23,460 nucleotides of DNA from Pseudomonadota bacterium. GTDB lineage: Bacteria; Bdellovibrionota_B; Oligoflexia; Oligoflexales; CAIYRB01. The translations under genes and the position numbers were made by a program. Below, in pieces: positions 19,464 to 23,460 of the stretch. Numbering within the stretch: position 1 is the stretch's first letter; each line of letters begins with the position of its first letter. The notes beneath the pieces are model-generated. The model saw only the letters and a program-made list of their open reading frames with translations, did not search any database and was not told the DNA's origin. The stretch covers positions 1 to 23,460 of the forward strand of contig JANOTL010000134.1 in the NCBI GenBank assembly GCA_031416315.1. Reading direction: 5' to 3'.

Positions 19464-19820
19464 TCACTTGCCCGTGTGGTTGGCGCCGAGGGGCTGGCCG
19501 TCGATCGAGAAGAAGAAGTAGACGGTCGCCTTTTCCTTGTCGGTCGCCTGCGGATTCTTGACCGACACGATCCAGCCTTCGCCGCCGCCGACGTCGGTCT
19601 TCACCGGCTCCGACGTCGGTAGCCCCTTCCAAGTCTCGTCGAGCTTTTTCCGCTCGACCAGCGTGCTCAGGACGTCGGCGGCCCGAACCTTGATGTCCTC
19701 CGGCTTCGCTGGCGGTCCGAAGCTGTGCCCGCCGGGATGCGCGAACGCGCTCGCGCCCCCAAGCCAGCACACGGCGAGAAGGAGACGCAGATTCGACGCC
19801 TTGGCGAGGTTCCCGAGCAT
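19464..19820 (-). CDS. DUF6488-like small secreted protein, paralog 4
   Basis: AFA|HPGGHS; KLDETWKG; TVYFFFSIDGQPLGANHTGK. Confidence 0.8.
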   Translation of the reverse strand: MLGNLAKASNLRLLLAVCWLGGASAFAHPGGHSFGPPAKPEDIKVRAADVLSTLVERKKLDETWKGLPTSEPVKTDVGGGEGWIVSVKNPQATDKEKATVYFFFSIDGQPLGANHTGK

Positions 19821-19847
19821 GAGCGGCTGCGTAAATGTGTGGCCCTC

Positions 19848-19877
19848 AACTTATCCCCTCCGGGGGGATGGGGTCAA
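19848..19877 (-). promoter_or_regulatory. Sigma70 promoter with embedded operator 3
   Basis: Minus TTGACC (19877-19872)-N18-TAAGTT (19853-19848), containing ATCCCCTCCGGGGGGAT (19853-19869). Same geometry as 17929-17958. Confidence 0.82.
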
Positions 19878-19975
19878 GGCGGCTTGATCGAGTTCGGTGT
19901 GATATTGGTTGGATACGCCAGCATCTCGACAAAGACTCAACCGACGGCTTCATCGCCGGTTTTGACGGAGGCTCC

Positions 19976-20464
19976 TTGAACAAGGCGACCAAATTCGCGA
20001 TCATCGCCGTGCTGACGATCGCTCCCGTGACGACGGTCGTCCTCTTCGGCCTCGAGGGCCGTGACGACGGCAAGTCGGGCGAAGCCGCGGATGGTTTCGT
20101 CGAAACGAACTGGCGCGTCCTTCGCGGGCTCGATTTGCAGTCCGGAACGAAGCCAACTGATCTCGCAACGCTCGACGGAAAGAATGTAAAGATCGCGGGC
20201 TTCATCGTGCCTCTCGACGACGACCGTGCGGGCGCCGAGTTTCTCCTCGTCCCAAGCCCTCAGGCCTGCATCCACGTGCCGCCGCCCCCGGCAAATCAGA
20301 TGATCATGGTCCGGATGAGCGGCGGCAATGTGCCGCAGCGAGCCCAAGGACCCGTTTGGATCTCTGGGCAACTCACGATCGCGTCGATGAGCAGCCAGTA
20401 CGGCAAAATCTCGTATACGATCCGTGCCGAGAAGTCGGAGCCCTACAAGATTGAGGGCGGCTGA
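19976..20464 (+). CDS. DUF3299 domain protein
   Basis: LDGKNVKIAGFIVPL, EFLLVP, ACIHVPPPPANQMI. Start reassigned to TTG 19976 after GGAGG, followed by a TM/signal segment. Confidence 0.85.
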   Translation: MNKATKFAIIAVLTIAPVTTVVLFGLEGRDDGKSGEAADGFVETNWRVLRGLDLQSGTKPTDLATLDGKNVKIAGFIVPLDDDRAGAEFLLVPSPQACIHVPPPPANQMIMVRMSGGNVPQRAQGPVWISGQLTIASMSSQYGKISYTIRAEKSEPYKIEGG

Positions 20465-20551
20465 TCGAACACGCCGCCGAGCGTCCCGAATCCAGCTTGC
20501 GCCGCTACGATCTCACCCTCTAGACTCCGCGCAAAACCACGGAGCCGACTC

Positions 20552-21406
20552 ATGAGCCTTTCCCGTGCCTTCGCGTTTTCGATCGTCGCCTTTTCCGCCG
20601 AGCTCGCCCACGCCCAGGCGATCCACGACCCTCATGACATCGTTGCGGCACTGACCGGTGAAGCTGAGATCCAGCCCGGCGTCTCGCTGGCGGATCGTCA
20701 ATCGGTAGCTGGCCGGAGCGCGGCGCGCGCGTATCTTTCGACGCTCTTGAGCGAGCTCGGCGTCGAGCCGCAGACCCACACGTATCGCGCCAACGGCGCC
20801 AACGTTTTCGGCACGCTTGCGTCGACTACGGGCGGCACGCAGTCGATTGTGCTCGGCGCACACTTCGATTCGGTCCGTCGCAGTCCTGGAGCGAACGACA
20901 ATGCAACCGGCGTCGCCCTGATCGACGCGGTCGTCGATGCGATGGCTCAGGCCACATGCCGGAGCCGAAACCTCGTCGTCGTCTTCTTTGACGAAGAAGA
21001 GCTCGGTCTGGTCGGCAGCAAGGCATTCGCGCGTTGGCTCCTCGATGCTCGCAGCGACGTCCACTCCGTTCACACGGTCGACCAAATGGGCTGGGACGCC
21101 GACGGCGACCGCGCCGTCGAGATCGAGCAGCCGTCGGCCACGATGCGCGCGCTCTACCAGCGCGTCGCCCGCGAGGTCGGCGTCACGGCGCACGTGACCT
21201 CGACGGGCTCGACGGATCACGAAGCCTTTCGGGATCTCGGCTTCGAGGCCGTCGGCTTGACGGAAGAATACGTCAACGGCGATACGACGCCCTATTACCA
21301 CAGCCCAGGCGATACTTACGACACGGTGAACTTCGACTACCTCGCGTCGTCCTCGACGTACATGACCGAAGTCGTGCGTGACCTTCTGACGGAAGGCTGT
21401 CGATAA
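20552..21406 (+). CDS. Secreted M28-family metallopeptidase
   Basis: LGAHFDS, GANDNATG, FDEEELGLVGS, GSTDH, YYHSPGDT. Signal peptide; GGAG RBS. Confidence 0.9.
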   Translation: MSLSRAFAFSIVAFSAELAHAQAIHDPHDIVAALTGEAEIQPGVSLADRQSVAGRSAARAYLSTLLSELGVEPQTHTYRANGANVFGTLASTTGGTQSIVLGAHFDSVRRSPGANDNATGVALIDAVVDAMAQATCRSRNLVVVFFDEEELGLVGSKAFARWLLDARSDVHSVHTVDQMGWDADGDRAVEIEQPSATMRALYQRVAREVGVTAHVTSTGSTDHEAFRDLGFEAVGLTEEYVNGDTTPYYHSPGDTYDTVNFDYLASSSTYMTEVVRDLLTEGCR

Positions 21407-21487
21407 CAGCTGACTCCGCGAGTTGGGGCGCCGGCAAATCCTTGAACAAGCGACTCTCTTAGGGCAAGTTTGAGGAGTGAGAAACGG

Positions 21488-21504
21488 ATCCCGTCCCAGG
21501 GGAT
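21488..21504. promoter_or_regulatory. RcnR/CsoR-family operator 4 (upstream of ferroportin)
   Basis: ATCCCGTCCCAGGGGAT, 21 nt upstream of ATG 21526. One mismatch to ATCCCC-N5-GGGGAT. Confidence 0.72.
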
Positions 21505-21525
21505 AGGACAAGCGAGCCCGCCATC

Positions 21526-22836
21526 ATGAGCGATCCCTCCCGTCGCATATTGTTGAGCCGATTGCTGACACACAGTGGCGATCAGGCTTGGGACTTCGCG
21601 TTACCGCTAGCGCTGATCCAAGTTTTCCCGGGCGCGATCGGGCTCGTCTCGCTTTTCTACTTCGTCGTGCGCCTGCTCCACACGATTCTGGTGACGCCGG
21701 TGTGCAGCTTGATCGATCGCGTCGATCGGAGGACGGCCGTCCGACTCGGAGTCGGGGCTCAGACGTTCGGAATCGTGCTGGCCGTCGCCTGTGTTCTGAG
21801 TCTGGCATATCTGCGGCCGGGCGCTGCGCCGTGGGGATCTCCGACGACCAGCTTGCTCTTCATCGGCGCGATGGCCGCTGGCGTCATCGCGTCCCTCGGT
21901 GGCACGATGATGGACGTCGCGATCTCTCAGGACTGGCTCCCTCATGTAGTCCCGCGCGAGCGGTTGGCTGCGACGAACAGTCGTTTGAAGCAGATCGATC
22001 TCGCCACAGAGGTGTCCGCGCCCGTCGTCGCTGGTCTGCTCTTCGCCCTGAGCTTGGATAGCGTTCCACTCTTTGGGTTCTTGCTCGTTGCAGCGTGGAA
22101 CGTCGTCTCGTTTCTTCCCGAGCTCGCGTTGCTCGAGAGCGTCCTCGGCTCAAACGCCGCGCTGCGGAAACCCGCGCCAGCGCCGCAGGCGCGGCAGTCC
22201 GTCCTCGACAGGCTGAGCGCAGGTTGGCGGGATTTCGTGGCGCAGCCCGCTGCCCTGTCGATGATTGCCTATGCCCTCCTTTGGTTGACAGTCTTGAGTC
22301 CGCACGGAGTGCTCTTGACGGCTTGGCTTCGCTCGCAAGGTCACCTCTCGGAGGCCGGAGTCGGAATCTTCCGTGGCCTTGGGGCGCTTTTCGGGCTCGT
22401 CGCGACGGTGGTCTTCCCCTGGCTTCTGGCCCGAACGTCGCTCGTGTCTGCGAGTCGCGCGCTGATCGTTTTCGAGGCGGCCTGCGTCCTGGGCGCAGCG
22501 GCGGCTTACGCTTCCGGCGCGAGTTTCGCAGTCGCCTTCCTCGGCCTTGTGCTGTTGTCGCGCATAGGGCTATACGGTTTCTCGTTGGGCGAGACTGAAA
22601 TCCGCCAAGTTACGATCGATCCCGCTGTCCGCGGGCGCGTGAATGGTTTCGCGAACGCGTTGACGAGCATCGCGACTCTCGGACTTTACGGCGCTGGGGC
22701 GGCGCTCGAAGGGCCGGAGCAGTTCGGTTACCTTGTCTACGGCTCGGCTGCGTGCGTGACGGCTGGCGCCGTCGTGTTCGTTGCGTGGTCTGCGACCGTC
22801 GCGCGGAAGTCTCCGGAGCTGAAATGCGCGTCCTGA
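21526..22836 (+). CDS. Bacterial ferroportin (FPN1/SLC40-like MFS divalent-metal exporter)
   Basis: SRLLTHSGDQAWDF, QDWLP, NSRLKQIDLATEVSAP, WNVVSFLPE, VLSPHGVLL, LSRIGLYGF. These closely follow Bdellovibrio bacteriovorus BbFPN as recalled. Confidence 0.9.
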   Translation: MSDPSRRILLSRLLTHSGDQAWDFALPLALIQVFPGAIGLVSLFYFVVRLLHTILVTPVCSLIDRVDRRTAVRLGVGAQTFGIVLAVACVLSLAYLRPGAAPWGSPTTSLLFIGAMAAGVIASLGGTMMDVAISQDWLPHVVPRERLAATNSRLKQIDLATEVSAPVVAGLLFALSLDSVPLFGFLLVAAWNVVSFLPELALLESVLGSNAALRKPAPAPQARQSVLDRLSAGWRDFVAQPAALSMIAYALLWLTVLSPHGVLLTAWLRSQGHLSEAGVGIFRGLGALFGLVATVVFPWLLARTSLVSASRALIVFEAACVLGAAAAYASGASFAVAFLGLVLLSRIGLYGFSLGETEIRQVTIDPAVRGRVNGFANALTSIATLGLYGAGAALEGPEQFGYLVYGSAACVTAGAVVFVAWSATVARKSPELKCAS

Positions 22837-22897
22837 TGTAGAAGGGACTTTCGGGGGGGGGCGTCGGTCGATCGAAGCCGCGCGAGCGCGCGTTGCC

Positions 22898-23233
22898 TTA
22901 GTCGGAGCGGTCGACCAAAGTTCCAGGACCGATTTTTTTGGAGGGATTCGCGTCGACCTTGACGTCGAACTTCCCGAACGTCGCCGCAGCGATGACGGTA
23001 CCGGTGCCGACCCTGCTTTGCACACAGCGCAGAGTGCTCGGTGCGTTTCCTTCAAGGCAGCTTTCCTCGTAGAACGAGACGCGGTCGCCTACCTCGAGCT
23101 TCTGGCGAAGGCCACCGACGCGAACGGTCTCGGATGCAACGGTATCAACGACTTCCCCGTAGATCATGGAAGTGCAGCCGGCCACGAGGAGGGCCATCGA
23201 CAGGCATTTCAAAATTGCGCGCGTGTCAGCCAC
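22898..23233 (-). CDS. Hypothetical lipoprotein
   Basis: GGAGGG RBS before GTG 23233; lipobox LVAG|C; beta-rich mature part. Confidence 0.6.
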   Translation of the reverse strand: MADTRAILKCLSMALLVAGCTSMIYGEVVDTVASETVRVGGLRQKLEVGDRVSFYEESCLEGNAPSTLRCVQSRVGTGTVIAAATFGKFDVKVDANPSKKIGPGTLVDRSD

Positions 23234-23460
23234 GGAATCCCTCCATATCACTCAGGTGCAAGGCTGGCGCCCGGCCCCCGCAAAGTCGCCATCGCCTGTT
23301 TAGGCAAAAGGGTGGCGACGCCCCTGGGATGTAGCGCAGTTGGTTAGCTGATATTCGGTTTTCAAAGATCGGTGGTCGTCCCTCGCATCCGCGTCGAGCC
23401 AACAAACTGCTGATGTATTTTCCTGATCCAGTGTTCCACCTCGCGCTTTCTTGTTTGGTT

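Noticed and set aside
19835..19975. N-terminal extension of DUF3299 given in the ORF track
   Set aside because: It overlaps operator 3 and its promoter. TTG 19976 has GGAGG and begins the TM segment.
20513..21511. 332-aa minus-strand ORF
   Set aside because: Antisense shadow of the M28 peptidase, with no recognisable motifs.

Overview
GC-rich bacterial (Gram-negative) accessory region with two adjacent functional blocks. No rRNA, tRNA, CRISPR or transposase was seen. Block 1 (~1.1-9.95 kb) is a sigma54-controlled sulfane-sulfur/persulfide cluster. It contains a sigma54 activator lacking any N-terminal sensor domain, TauE, two stand-alone rhodaneses, an ETHE1/Blh-type persulfide dioxygenase, a CstB-type dioxygenase-rhodanese fusion, two split YeeE/YedE pairs, DUF302 and a sterol-desaturase-family gene, plus two canonical and one deviant -24/-12 promoter. 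Block 2 (~10-22.8 kb) is a divalent-metal (probably Ni/Co) island. It contains a czcB-czcA-czcC efflux pump, an RcnR/CsoR-family (NreA/NcrB/InrS-like) repressor, two HupE/UreJ-family paralogs, four paralogous small secreted His-tipped DUF6488-like proteins, DUF3299, an M28 peptidase and a bacterial ferroportin. Two regulatory layers can be read from the DNA. (i) Four copies of a 17-bp ATCCCC-N5-GGGGAT operator sit before czcB, the repressor-hupE operon, a DUF6488-like gene and the ferroportin. (ii) A secreted His/Cys-rich upstream ORF ends in RPPRA, and its Pro-Pro-Arg-Ala-stop codons base-pair with the ribosome-binding site of the other hupE copy: a candidate metal-sensing ribosome-arrest switch. 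Family assignments come from motif recognition only; no searches were run.
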